A model generated the notes under the pieces. That model had not been told where the DNA came from. It saw nothing but the letters and a program-made list of their open reading frames with translations, and searched no databases. Position numbers and translations under genes: made by a program. Of a stretch of 48,914 bases of DNA, positions 10,581 through 19,876 are shown one piece after another (the first letter of the stretch is position 1; each line of letters starts with the position of its first letter). The stretch spans positions 1-48,914 of the forward strand of contig JWZX01002470.1 of NCBI GenBank assembly GCA_001275005.1, written 5' to 3'. Origin of the DNA: Chrysochromulina tobinii (Eukaryota).

Positions 10581-12470
10581 TCAGGCCAGTCCCCTCTCCG
10601 CAGATGTGACCCCGAGCTGGCGCTCACCCGAGGACATGGACGAAGACATGGACGAGTTGGCCAAGACCGTATGATGCGGGCGCATCTGGGCTGCTGACGG
10701 GTAGTGCGAGCCCGCACGGATCGGGCGCGCGCCGCCCAGCGGGTTGGCGCCCACGCTGCCGGGACGCGAGCCGGAGCCCGGTCGACTGCCGGGGCGCGAA
10801 CCGGAGCCCGGGCGACTGACGGTTGCGCTGCCGCCGAGGACGCCGCCGCCGCCGCTGCTAGGTCGGCCGCTGCCAGGTCGGCCGCTGCCACCAGCTGTGC
10901 TGCGCGCGCCGGAGGCCGAAGCCGACCTCCCCAATGTCGAATTGCGCCCCGAGTTCCTTCCGGACTTTGTCGGCGCCGCGGCCACTGCGATGCCTGACAC
11001 AGCGCCCGCTGTGGGCGGCGCGAAGGCATTCTGGAAGGGATGCTGAACAGCGCCGACGCCGCCAGCGTTCGCGCTCGCGTTCGCGTTCGCGACGTGCGCC
11101 GCGAGCGCCGCGCGCGCCGCGTGCGCCGCGTGCGCCGCGTGCGCCGCGTGCATCGCGTGCGCCGCGTGCGCCGCCGAGCTCGCGCCCTGATAGCTGGCGC
11201 TGGCAAAGGCCGCCGAGTGTGCTGAGCCCTTGATGCCGCCGGAGCCCGGCCGTCGTCCCGAGCTGGATGATTGGCCTGGCTTGCCGTTCGCGCTCGCGCT
11301 CGCGCCGTTCTCGGGCTCCTGGTGCAGGCGTGTCTTGCCGATCTTGCGCGCGATCCTGTCGCCTGTGTCCAGCGAGATCTCCTCCACCACCTTGCCGTCG
11401 CACAGCCTCCAGCAGGTCTGTCGGTCGGCACTCCAGCGCACACCCTCCCCCACGTCGACGTTGTTCTCGTAACGGCCGACCTCCGCGCGCCCGTCGATGT
11501 ACTGGTACGTGCCGAAGCCCTCCATCGCGCCGTTCTTGTACTCACCCTCGTAAATGGCCCCATCGGCGAAATGGTACACGCCGCGCCCCTCGCGCTTGCC
11601 GTTCTTGTAGTCCCCGATGTAGAGTGAGCCGTCGGCGAACCTGTAATTGCCGTGCCCGTCCATGACGCCCGCGCGGTAGTCGCCCTCGTAGCGCGCGCCG
11701 CCCGCATACTGGAAGGTGCCCTTGCCATCGCGCAGGTCGCGCTTCCATGGCCCCACGTACACATCGCCGCTCGCGTAGCGCATCGTGCCCATGCCTGCGC
11801 GTTTGCCCTCTCGAAAGCCGCCCTCGTACACCGAGCCGTCAGGGTAGCGCTCCTTGCCCTGGCCCTCGCGCAGATCGGCGCGGTACTCGCCCTCATACAG
11901 CGCGCCCGAGGCGGAGCGGTACTTGCCGCGCCCCTCCTTCTTGCCCGCTTTGTAGAAGCCCTCGTACGTGTCACCGCCCGGGTACCACATCGTGCCGAGG
12001 CCGTCGCGCTTGTCGTCCGTAAACTGGCCCTCGTACACGTTGCCGATCGGGTAGCGTTCCATCCCCTTGCCGCAGCGCTGCCCTGCGACCCACTCGCCCT
12101 CGTAAACTGCGCCGAGGGACGATCGGTACCGACCGTGGCCCTCTCGCTCCCCGTTCGCAAACTGGCCCGTGTACAGGCTGCCATCCTCAAAGCGCCGTGA
12201 GCCGTTGCCGTCCTGGATGGGCGGCGCATCGGGGTCGGGCTCCGCGGATGCATCGTAGGCAAGGCGCGGCTCGTTGAGAAACTGGGCTATCCTCGCAGGC
12301 AGCCGAGGCTTCTTGAGTGCCTCGGCGTGCTCAGCGGCATAGCAGGCAAGCGCTGTGGCCGTCACCGCGGCGCTGTCGTCCCACCGGAAGATGACGGGGT
12401 CGGTCATCTTCTTGGGAAGCTGGCCGCGCGGCACGCGCGTGGGCGCCGCGAAGCCTTGGGTGACCACCAT
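10581..12470 (-). CDS. MORN-repeat protein with low-complexity (AAH and SRPG) C-terminus
   Basis: About 11 tandem Y-x-G-x-(F/W/Y)...G-x-G MORN units. Start (12470 or 12407) and exact 3' end are uncertain. Confidence 0.85.
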   Translation of the reverse strand: MVVTQGFAAPTRVPRGQLPKKMTDPVIFRWDDSAAVTATALACYAAEHAEALKKPRLPARIAQFLNEPRLAYDASAEPDPDAPPIQDGNGSRRFEDGSLYTGQFANGEREGHGRYRSSLGAVYEGEWVAGQRCGKGMERYPIGNVYEGQFTDDKRDGLGTMWYPGGDTYEGFYKAGKKEGRGKYRSASGALYEGEYRADLREGQGKERYPDGSVYEGGFREGKRAGMGTMRYASGDVYVGPWKRDLRDGKGTFQYAGGARYEGDYRAGVMDGHGNYRFADGSLYIGDYKNGKREGRGVYHFADGAIYEGEYKNGAMEGFGTYQYIDGRAEVGRYENNVDVGEGVRWSADRQTCWRLCDGKVVEEISLDTGDRIARKIGKTRLHQEPENGASASANGKPGQSSSSGRRPGSGGIKGSAHSAAFASASYQGASSAAHAAHAMHAAHAAHAAHAARAALAAHVANANASANAGGVGAVQHPFQNAFAPPTAGAVSGIAVAAAPTKSGRNSGRNSTLGRSASASGARSTAGGSGRPGSGRPSSGGGGVLGGSATVSRPGSGSRPGSRPGSGSRPGSVGANPLGGARPIRAGSHYPSAAQMRPHHTVLANSSMSSSMSSGERQLGVTSAERGLA

Positions 12471-12846
12471 GCAGGCGGCCGCCTCGGCTCCGGCCTCGAA
12501 GATGAAGCTCTGAACCAAAAAACTCGCTCTCCACCCTACATCCAACGACTCATGTTCACGGCCGGTCCTCCGCTGCGCTGCGTCGCCTGTCTTGCGGTGC
12601 GAGCCTCTCCGCTCCTGGATCCTCTTGGCACGGGCCCAGCTATCCAGAGTACTCGCCAGCGCGGCCTGAGTGCACAGCCGGCTGCAGCACCGTGCTGCTC
12701 ATCCAGCGGTCGCAACAGGATGGAGCGCATGGCCTGCCGTCAGACCTCGCTGCAGTTGCGGTCCCTGCCAGCGTCAGCGCGCCTGCGCATTGCTGAGCTG
12801 CTGTGTGCTTCACTTTCGTCCCGCAGGCCATCGTTGAGCAGCAGCC

Positions 12847-13392
12847 ATGGGTCTCCAACACACCCTTTCGCGCGGTTACCGCGCGGGTACCCGCGACCTC
12901 TTCTCGAAGAAGTTCCGCACCAAGGGTGGCAACCCGTGCCTGACGACGTACCTTCGGAAATACAAGGTTGGTGACATGGTTGACGTGATCGCCAACCCCG
13001 CTCAGCAGAAGGGCATGCCGCACAAGTATTATCACGGCAAGACTGGCCGCGTGTGGAATATCACCAAGCGTGCGATCGGCGTGGAGATCAACAAGGTCTT
13101 CCGGCAGAAGCAGATGGTCAAGCGCATTCATGTGCGAGTGGAGCACGCGCGGCCGTCGCGCTGCCAGTCGGGCCACTTCGCGCGTGTCAAGGCCAACGAG
13201 ATCATCAAGGCGGCTGCCAAGGCGAAGGGCGAGAAGCCCGGCGCCTACTCCGTCTCGCTCAAGCGCGAGGCCAAGGGCCCGCGCCCTGCTTTCAAATTGG
13301 ATCTCGAGGGCACCCTCGGTGCCAAAGTGCACCTGCTTGTGCCGCAGGCCTACGTGTTCAAGCCGATGCAGCAGCCCTATCTCATCAAGTAG
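12847..13392 (+). CDS. RPL21: 60S ribosomal protein L21 (eL21)
   Basis: GYRAGTRDLFSKKFR, YKVGDMVDV, KGMPHKYYHGKTGRVWN, KRIHVRVEH. Confidence 0.97.
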   Translation: MGLQHTLSRGYRAGTRDLFSKKFRTKGGNPCLTTYLRKYKVGDMVDVIANPAQQKGMPHKYYHGKTGRVWNITKRAIGVEINKVFRQKQMVKRIHVRVEHARPSRCQSGHFARVKANEIIKAAAKAKGEKPGAYSVSLKREAKGPRPAFKLDLEGTLGAKVHLLVPQAYVFKPMQQPYLIK

Positions 13393-14048
13393 ATTACAGG
13401 GCGTGATGAGCAGGGTCGCAGCTTTTGCGACGCAACTTATCTGTTCCCGAGTCGTGCGAAGCGGCGAAGGTGCGGTGCGTGCAGGCCAAATGTATGCATC
13501 CGGTGTAAAAACGAGTAGACTACGCAATACGGCTTTGCCTTTGACAAAATTTGAATACCAACGTTTCAGCCCTAGGGCTGCTGATGGTGACCTTCAAAGC
13601 ATGAGCTCTGATCGCTGAAGCATGTCGCTGAAAAGCCGGTTCGGTCCTCGGAAGCTCAAGGTCTAAGAGGTCAAGGTGCAAGGTCCCAGGCGTGGCGGAC
13701 GCGCGGCGCTATCGCACGCCGCTATACCATATCCCGACCCACCGGCCGGGGCGCGGCGGGGCCGCCAGCCGGCGAGTGCCGGGTCGTCGGGTGGGACTTG
13801 GCGTTTGATGTTGGACACCGTCGCTCCACTGCGGTGCGCCGGGGACGTACGGTCAGCGTACGGTATATATCTCTCGTATGTGGGCGAGTGGGCCGCCTTG
13901 TGAAGTTGGGACGAGGCGGGAATTCGCTATTCGGGAAACCACCGACTTCCCGGGACCGAGGGTGACCCATAACGGAATGTGCGCTGCATCGCCGGAAGCC
14001 CGAACGCACCCACGCCGGCGGCATTAGTACCGCGGCCAGATCTTCGGA

Positions 14049-16394
14049 TCACGAGTCTCGGCCCAGCGCTTGCCACAAAAAGTCGTACGTCAGGGCCCAC
14101 ATGAACGCCCGCTGCTTGTTGTCAGCCGCGCCCCCGTGGCCGCCTTCGATATTCTCCCAGTAGAGGACGTTGCCACGCCCGCCGCCCATCGCCGCGGGGA
14201 CTTCATTCAGCAACGCCTTGACCATCTTACGAGCATGGCCTGGGTGCACTCGGTCGTCTTTGGTGCTCGTCGTGAAGAGGACGCGCGGGCAGCCCGCCCA
14301 CGACGACGCCTCGCCCACGCCCTTGCCGTCAGCCGAGCCCTCGAAGCATGGGCCGCGTAGCCGTTGGTACGGCGAGATGGAGCGCAGGTGCCCCTCCCAC
14401 ACGCCAGGCTCGTCGGGGTTACCGTACTCTTCCATCCACGAGGCACCTGCAAGCAGCTTATGGTAGCGCTTCATGTCGAGCAGCGGTACCTGGCACACAG
14501 CCGCACCGAAGAGGGACCGGCCCTGCCGCGTGAGCATGTTCCCAATGAGCAGCCCACCATTCGAGCCACCGATGCACCCGAGCTTCTCGGGCACGCACAC
14601 GCCGCGCTCGATGAGGTCGCGCGCGACCGCCTCGAAATCCTCATACGCTTTGTGGCGCTTCTCACGCAGCGCCGCCTGGTGCCATCGAGGGCCATACTCG
14701 CCGCCGCCCCGAATGTTGGCGATGGCCTTGACGCCGCCGCGCTCGAGCCAACCGACGCCCACAGCGCCCGAATAGCTTGGCGTCAGAGAGATCTCGAAGC
14801 CTCCGTAGCCGTCGAGTAGCGTTGGGTGGGACCCATCGAGCGCCATCTCCTTGGGGCCGAGTAGAAAGTAGGGCACCTTGGTGCCGTCGGCGCTCGTCGC
14901 AAAGTGTTGAGAGCATGCAAGCTTGGAGGCCTCGAAGCGCGGCGGAAGCGACTTGAGGCTCTCGCGTCGCTGCGCGCCGTCGGCGGCGCTCGCCTTGGCC
15001 AGCGTCGACGGGTGGAGGAAGCCCGAAGTGCTCACCCAGCATTCGTCCGAATCCTCCGGCCAGATCGCCGAGATGGTGACGGCTTCGCCCGCAGGCGCCA
15101 GAGCCGCCTCGGCCGGGGTCTCATCGACCCAACGGCCCTCGCCCGCATGCTTGTGGAACCCGAGCCTTGTGCGCACGTGCTCGGAGACCTGGAGCACGAG
15201 GAAGTTGCGCGTCGCGCTCACGCCGGCGAGGCTGTTGCTGCCGTCGGCAGCGGGCTCGAAGAGCACCGAGCACCTCGACCAGTCGCCGGTTGCGACGTCC
15301 TTCATCGGCGCCGTCAACAGCGTGCCGGCGGGGTACGTGCGTCCTTCCGGCGCCCGCGGCGGCGCCCATTCGGAGCGCAACTCGAGCGTCGCCTCGTCCC
15401 CAAACGTGCCGAGCGTCACGTCGTTTGGGATGTCGAGCTTGATGAAGGGCGTCGCGTCGTCCGGCGCGGCCTTGGACATGTCGGGAGAGCGATACCACTG
15501 CTCGGACTTGTAAAAGGAGATCTGGCGCACCTGGAACTCGTGCGCCACGCCGCCCCGGTCGAAGTAAGCGTACTGCCTCGCCGCCAGATCCGTCCGCTCC
15601 ACCTCAAAGACGGTACGCGCCGTCTCGAGCGGCGTGCCACGTACCCACGACTTGACCACCCGAGGGTAGCCGCTATCCGTCAGCGTCTTCCCATCGCCCT
15701 CAAAGTCGGTGCCGATGAGGACCTCATCACGCCGCCGGAAGCCCACGTCGCACTTGGCAGCCGTGTCGGTGCGGAAGCCGCCCGGCACGAAGGTCTTGGA
15801 GGGCAGGTCGAACTCACGCACGACCTGCGCGTCGGTCCCGCCAGGCGACAGAAAGACGAGTGCGCGGTCCCAGCGGCCTCCGGCGCCCTCGTCGAGCACG
15901 TTGTAGCCATGCCACACAAAGTTCTCGCCCTCAGCGACACCTTCGTTGGCATTGAGCTGATCGAGGTCCAGCACGTCTTCCCACTCAGGATCAGACGTGC
16001 GGAACGAGCCGAGTGACGTGCGGCGCCAAAGGCCACGGGGGTGCTCAGCGTCCTGCCAAAAGTTGTACCAGCAGCGGGCACATTCATCGCCGGTAGTGCC
16101 GCCGATGCGACCCACGTACGGAATCTTGTCCTTAGCATCGGCGATCGCGATGATTTTGCGGTACGTTGCGCTCTCCTCCGGGTTGCCAACGGCCGCAATC
16201 GTGCGCTCGTTTTCGCTGCGGCACCAGGCGAGAGCCGCCTCGCCCTCAATCTCCTCGAGCCATAGGTGCGGGTCAGCATTCACATCCAGGTGTGCGGCAG
16301 ACACTGGACGCCTTGATGGGAGCAGCGAAGCACCGGAAAAGCCAGCGAGGCTGCACGCGGCCAGGCGCAGGCGCGGGCGGAGCGCCGAAAACAT
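14049..16394 (-). CDS. Prolyl oligopeptidase (peptidase S9A), possible transit peptide
   Basis: DPHLWLEE, GYGGF, ANIRGGGEYG, catalytic GGSNGG, KDDRVHPGH, GGHGG. Likely ATG at 16394 (MFSALRPRLR). Confidence 0.93.
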   Translation of the reverse strand: MFSALRPRLRLAACSLAGFSGASLLPSRRPVSAAHLDVNADPHLWLEEIEGEAALAWCRSENERTIAAVGNPEESATYRKIIAIADAKDKIPYVGRIGGTTGDECARCWYNFWQDAEHPRGLWRRTSLGSFRTSDPEWEDVLDLDQLNANEGVAEGENFVWHGYNVLDEGAGGRWDRALVFLSPGGTDAQVVREFDLPSKTFVPGGFRTDTAAKCDVGFRRRDEVLIGTDFEGDGKTLTDSGYPRVVKSWVRGTPLETARTVFEVERTDLAARQYAYFDRGGVAHEFQVRQISFYKSEQWYRSPDMSKAAPDDATPFIKLDIPNDVTLGTFGDEATLELRSEWAPPRAPEGRTYPAGTLLTAPMKDVATGDWSRCSVLFEPAADGSNSLAGVSATRNFLVLQVSEHVRTRLGFHKHAGEGRWVDETPAEAALAPAGEAVTISAIWPEDSDECWVSTSGFLHPSTLAKASAADGAQRRESLKSLPPRFEASKLACSQHFATSADGTKVPYFLLGPKEMALDGSHPTLLDGYGGFEISLTPSYSGAVGVGWLERGGVKAIANIRGGGEYGPRWHQAALREKRHKAYEDFEAVARDLIERGVCVPEKLGCIGGSNGGLLIGNMLTRQGRSLFGAAVCQVPLLDMKRYHKLLAGASWMEEYGNPDEPGVWEGHLRSISPYQRLRGPCFEGSADGKGVGEASSWAGCPRVLFTTSTKDDRVHPGHARKMVKALLNEVPAAMGGGRGNVLYWENIEGGHGGAADNKQRAFMWALTYDFLWQALGRDS

Positions 16395-16634
16395 CGACGC
16401 GACGTTCACGCCGAGAGCAAGCAATCGTTCGTCCGCCCCCGCGGCCGTCGCGGTCGAGCTCGACACGACGCGCAATTTGCCTCTCTTTAGGCCGTGGCCT
16501 TGTTGTTTATGTCAAGACTAGGCAAGCCATAATTCGTCTTGACTTGTCGGCCTGTGTGAACGTTAACACCTGTGTGTGGTGTCTTGTGCTTTTTGCGTTC
16601 ATGCGATCGTCTCGTTCTGTACCGCGAGCGCCGA

Positions 16635-19235
16635 ATGGCGTACCCAGTTCACCGGCTGGTCGGAGACATTGGTGCCACGGAGGGTTTGAAAGTCGTGGCC
16701 AAGGGGCTCGGCATGCACTTAGTTTTGCTGCAATTCGTTGCACAGCATCACTCGCCATCTCAACTCGTGCTGGTGCTGAATCTGTCTGCAGCCGAGGAGC
16801 GATGCCTGCAGCATGGGCTCGCAGTTGCAAACTGCGCTCCACCAGTCAGGATCACAAACGAGTGCACGGCGCGTGAGCGCGTGGAGCTGTATCTCGCAGG
16901 CGGTGTGATTCTGGTGACGACTCAAATCCTCGTGGTGGATCTTCTGAGTCACAGAGTGCCGACTCAGCAGGTGACCGGGCTTCTTGTGGCCAACGCGCAC
17001 CGCGTGCACGATCGGTCGAATGTGGCCTTCGCCGTCCGCATCTTTCGGCAGGAAAATGAGAGCGGCTTCATCAAGGCGTTTTCGGACGACGCACATGGTT
17101 TCACTCACGGCTTTGCGCGTGCGGAGAAGGCGATGTGCCTCCTCCGCGTCCATCGGCTGCAACTGTGGCCGCGCTTCCGGTGCGAGGTGAACCGTATGCT
17201 CCAAGGCTGCCAACCTGAGGTTGAAGAGGTTGGCGTGCGATTATCCCAGCGCGCCTCGCAGTTGCAGCGCGCCTTGCTGCAGGCGGTCGACTCGTGCCTG
17301 CAGGAGCTGCGCTCGCTCAACGGTTCCGCGATTGACGTCTCCTCCTTCACAGTCGAGAATTCGCTCTTCAAGTCGTTCGACACGATCGTTCGCATGCAAC
17401 TGAACCCATTCTGGCACAAAACCAGCAAGCGCACACAGTCGCTGGCGAACGATCTGCAAACGCTGCGCAAGCTGCTCCACTTCCTTGTGTCGTTGGACTG
17501 TGTCTCGTTCTTTGAGTACCTCGAGACCGTGTTCGACGCGGCGTCGGCACTGCACCCTGCGGAGAGGCCCGCGTGGATGCTCAACCACTCCGAGACCGTC
17601 TTCCTGCTCGCACGCGAGCGCGTCTACGAGGTGGTGCGTCCGCCCAGTGGGCAGGCGCGCCTCTTCGGACTCGAGCCTTCCAATAGCTCCGAGCGCCATG
17701 GGGAGCGCCCGTTGGACGTTCGCTGCGTGCTCGAGCCCTGCCTCAAGTGGCTGGCTCTGTTCGATTTACTCGCGGAGGTCCAGAGAGAGGAGGGGGCCTG
17801 CGGCAGCTGCCTAGTCGTTGTGCGCGACGAGCACACTGCAGCCACCGTGCGAGAGTTGTTGGTGCGCGGTGCCAAATCACTGCTTGAGACCAGCTTCGTC
17901 AAATGGGTGAGGCGCCGACGCCGCAGCACGGCAGTCGTGCTCTCGGCCGGCGCGGTGCTCTCCGCACGGCAGCACGAGGCGAGGCTGCTGGGTGCTGCGG
18001 CAGCTAAGCTCTCCGACGAGCGCCAAGGTGGTCACCGTGTGGACGATCTCGACTTGCGAGATTGCGTGCTCCCCGAGCACGCAGGCGTGGGCGGCGGAGG
18101 CATGGTTACACCTGGTGCGCCGCCGACGACGACACAATGGCAGGGAAGCGCCGAAAGTATCGGCACGTTCTTCGAGCTTCTGCCCGACTTGGAGCACTCG
18201 ACCTTTGTCTGCACGTTCGAAGCGGTCGCGATGGACGTGCTCGAAGACTTGCAGCCGCAGCATGTCGTGCTCTATGACTCCGAGGCTGCGTTCGTGCGTG
18301 CCGTGGAGATCGCGCAGGCCGCGCGGCCCATGACGAGGATGCACGTCTACTTTGTGATCCAACTCGAATCCGTGGAGGAGCAGCGATACAGGTCCTCTCT
18401 TCGGGTCGAGCGCGAGGCGTTCCAATCCCTCATCATGAATAAGGGAAGCATGGCGATTCCGTCCAAGTGGGAACCGGCATCGTCGCAGCACTACGAGGAC
18501 GTCAGCAGCCTCGGCAACCAGGCTACGCGCCGGGGAGGAGGGCGTGCGCTCGAGGCTGTGGGGACTCCGACGGTGGTCGTCGACATGCGCGAGTTCCGTT
18601 CTTCGTTGCCGAATATGTTGCACTTGCATGGTATGGCGGTGCGGCCTACGACTCTCGAGGTAGGCGACTATGTGCTCTCGCCGGAAGTGTGCGTGGAGCG
18701 CAAGGCTGTCTCAGACCTGATCCAGTCGCTTGCCTCCGGTCGTCTGTATAGCCAGGCGGGGTCGATGCTTCGATACTACAAGCGGCCTGCCCTGCTCCTC
18801 GAAATGGAAGAGGGTCGCCCCTTTGGCATCGTCAACCCGAATGAGCTCGGCGCGGAGATCTCGACACTGTCAGTGCTCTCCAAGCTGTCACTTCTGATGC
18901 TGCATTTCCCCACGCTCCGCCTGCTCTGGTCGCGCTCAGCTGCCCATACAGTCGCCATCTTTTCCGCCCTCAAACAGGAGCAGCCAGAACCAGATGTGGC
19001 TGTTGCGGCTGGCGTCGGTATGCCCACTGCCGCTGGGGCCGAAGAGACGTTCAACATAGCGCCGCAGGACGTGCTGCGGCAACTGCCAGGAGTGCACGTC
19101 CACAACTGTCGCCAGCTAATGAATTCGGTGCTCAATTTGCGGGAGCTTGCCACGAAGAGCCGAGACGAGCTCGCCAGCGTCATTGGCGCTCAAAATGGCA
19201 AACTACTCCATGAGTTCCTGCACCGAAGCATTTGA
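16635..19235 (+). CDS. ERCC4: DNA repair endonuclease XPF/ERCC4/Rad1
   Basis: ILVVDLL, GFIKAFSD, LWPRF, SVEEQRY, VDMREFRSSLP, VGDYVLSPEVCVERKAVSDL and C-terminal HhH (LRQLPGV). Start uncertain. Confidence 0.95.
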   Translation: MAYPVHRLVGDIGATEGLKVVAKGLGMHLVLLQFVAQHHSPSQLVLVLNLSAAEERCLQHGLAVANCAPPVRITNECTARERVELYLAGGVILVTTQILVVDLLSHRVPTQQVTGLLVANAHRVHDRSNVAFAVRIFRQENESGFIKAFSDDAHGFTHGFARAEKAMCLLRVHRLQLWPRFRCEVNRMLQGCQPEVEEVGVRLSQRASQLQRALLQAVDSCLQELRSLNGSAIDVSSFTVENSLFKSFDTIVRMQLNPFWHKTSKRTQSLANDLQTLRKLLHFLVSLDCVSFFEYLETVFDAASALHPAERPAWMLNHSETVFLLARERVYEVVRPPSGQARLFGLEPSNSSERHGERPLDVRCVLEPCLKWLALFDLLAEVQREEGACGSCLVVVRDEHTAATVRELLVRGAKSLLETSFVKWVRRRRRSTAVVLSAGAVLSARQHEARLLGAAAAKLSDERQGGHRVDDLDLRDCVLPEHAGVGGGGMVTPGAPPTTTQWQGSAESIGTFFELLPDLEHSTFVCTFEAVAMDVLEDLQPQHVVLYDSEAAFVRAVEIAQAARPMTRMHVYFVIQLESVEEQRYRSSLRVEREAFQSLIMNKGSMAIPSKWEPASSQHYEDVSSLGNQATRRGGGRALEAVGTPTVVVDMREFRSSLPNMLHLHGMAVRPTTLEVGDYVLSPEVCVERKAVSDLIQSLASGRLYSQAGSMLRYYKRPALLLEMEEGRPFGIVNPNELGAEISTLSVLSKLSLLMLHFPTLRLLWSRSAAHTVAIFSALKQEQPEPDVAVAAGVGMPTAAGAEETFNIAPQDVLRQLPGVHVHNCRQLMNSVLNLRELATKSRDELASVIGAQNGKLLHEFLHRSI

Positions 19236-19876
19236 GGGAGTTTTGACCTTTACACTTTACTGTAACAATCTTAGTAACAATCTACTCAATCTATCTTTAG
19301 TCGACCCCGCGAGCGTATAAAGGGTGCAGTTGGAATAAAGCGTTAACTACGTACTAACATAAACGCACGTCCGACTTGTCAGCTTTAAAGCCGCGCCGGT
19401 GCGACACGATTGCGGTGCGAAGTGTCCAAGTGACATCTCGGCCTGGCCGTTCGGCTTCGATCCGCTTCCCGGCTGTACCCGCAGGCATGACCCGCAGGAT
19501 GGCGTGCGTGTTCAACGTTACGGTTCGATGTCGCATGGTTATTTGTTCGTGTTCACGTTTTCCCCTCCGCCTCCCGCGATTCATCATCGTACATAACGTA
19601 CAACGCAAGTACCGCTTCATATTAACAAATCATGTTCAAGTTCACCTCTGTTCCGATTGTATCCCGCATGTTGAGTTAAACTCGAACCATTCCCAGATCC
19701 GGTGAATCAATGCGATGAACACCGCACAGCTTCGCTGCGCGGCCACACCTCCTACAGCCCGTCTCTCACAGATCGGCGGTCACCATCATGCACGGCCAGA
19801 ACGACGAGCTCTTCTTTCTAGGATGCTCTCGAGCATCTTCAAAAATAGACGAGCGCGCGCGATCCCCTGTGGATTG

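Noticed and set aside
10538..12262. 574-aa alternative-frame ORF, and the many other overlapping or antisense ORFs
   Set aside because: These are shadow ORFs expected from high GC3. They are Arg/Ala-rich, have no motifs and overlap well-supported genes.
19480..19540. GGTTCGA T-loop-like word suggesting a tRNA
   Set aside because: No cloverleaf stems could be built around it.
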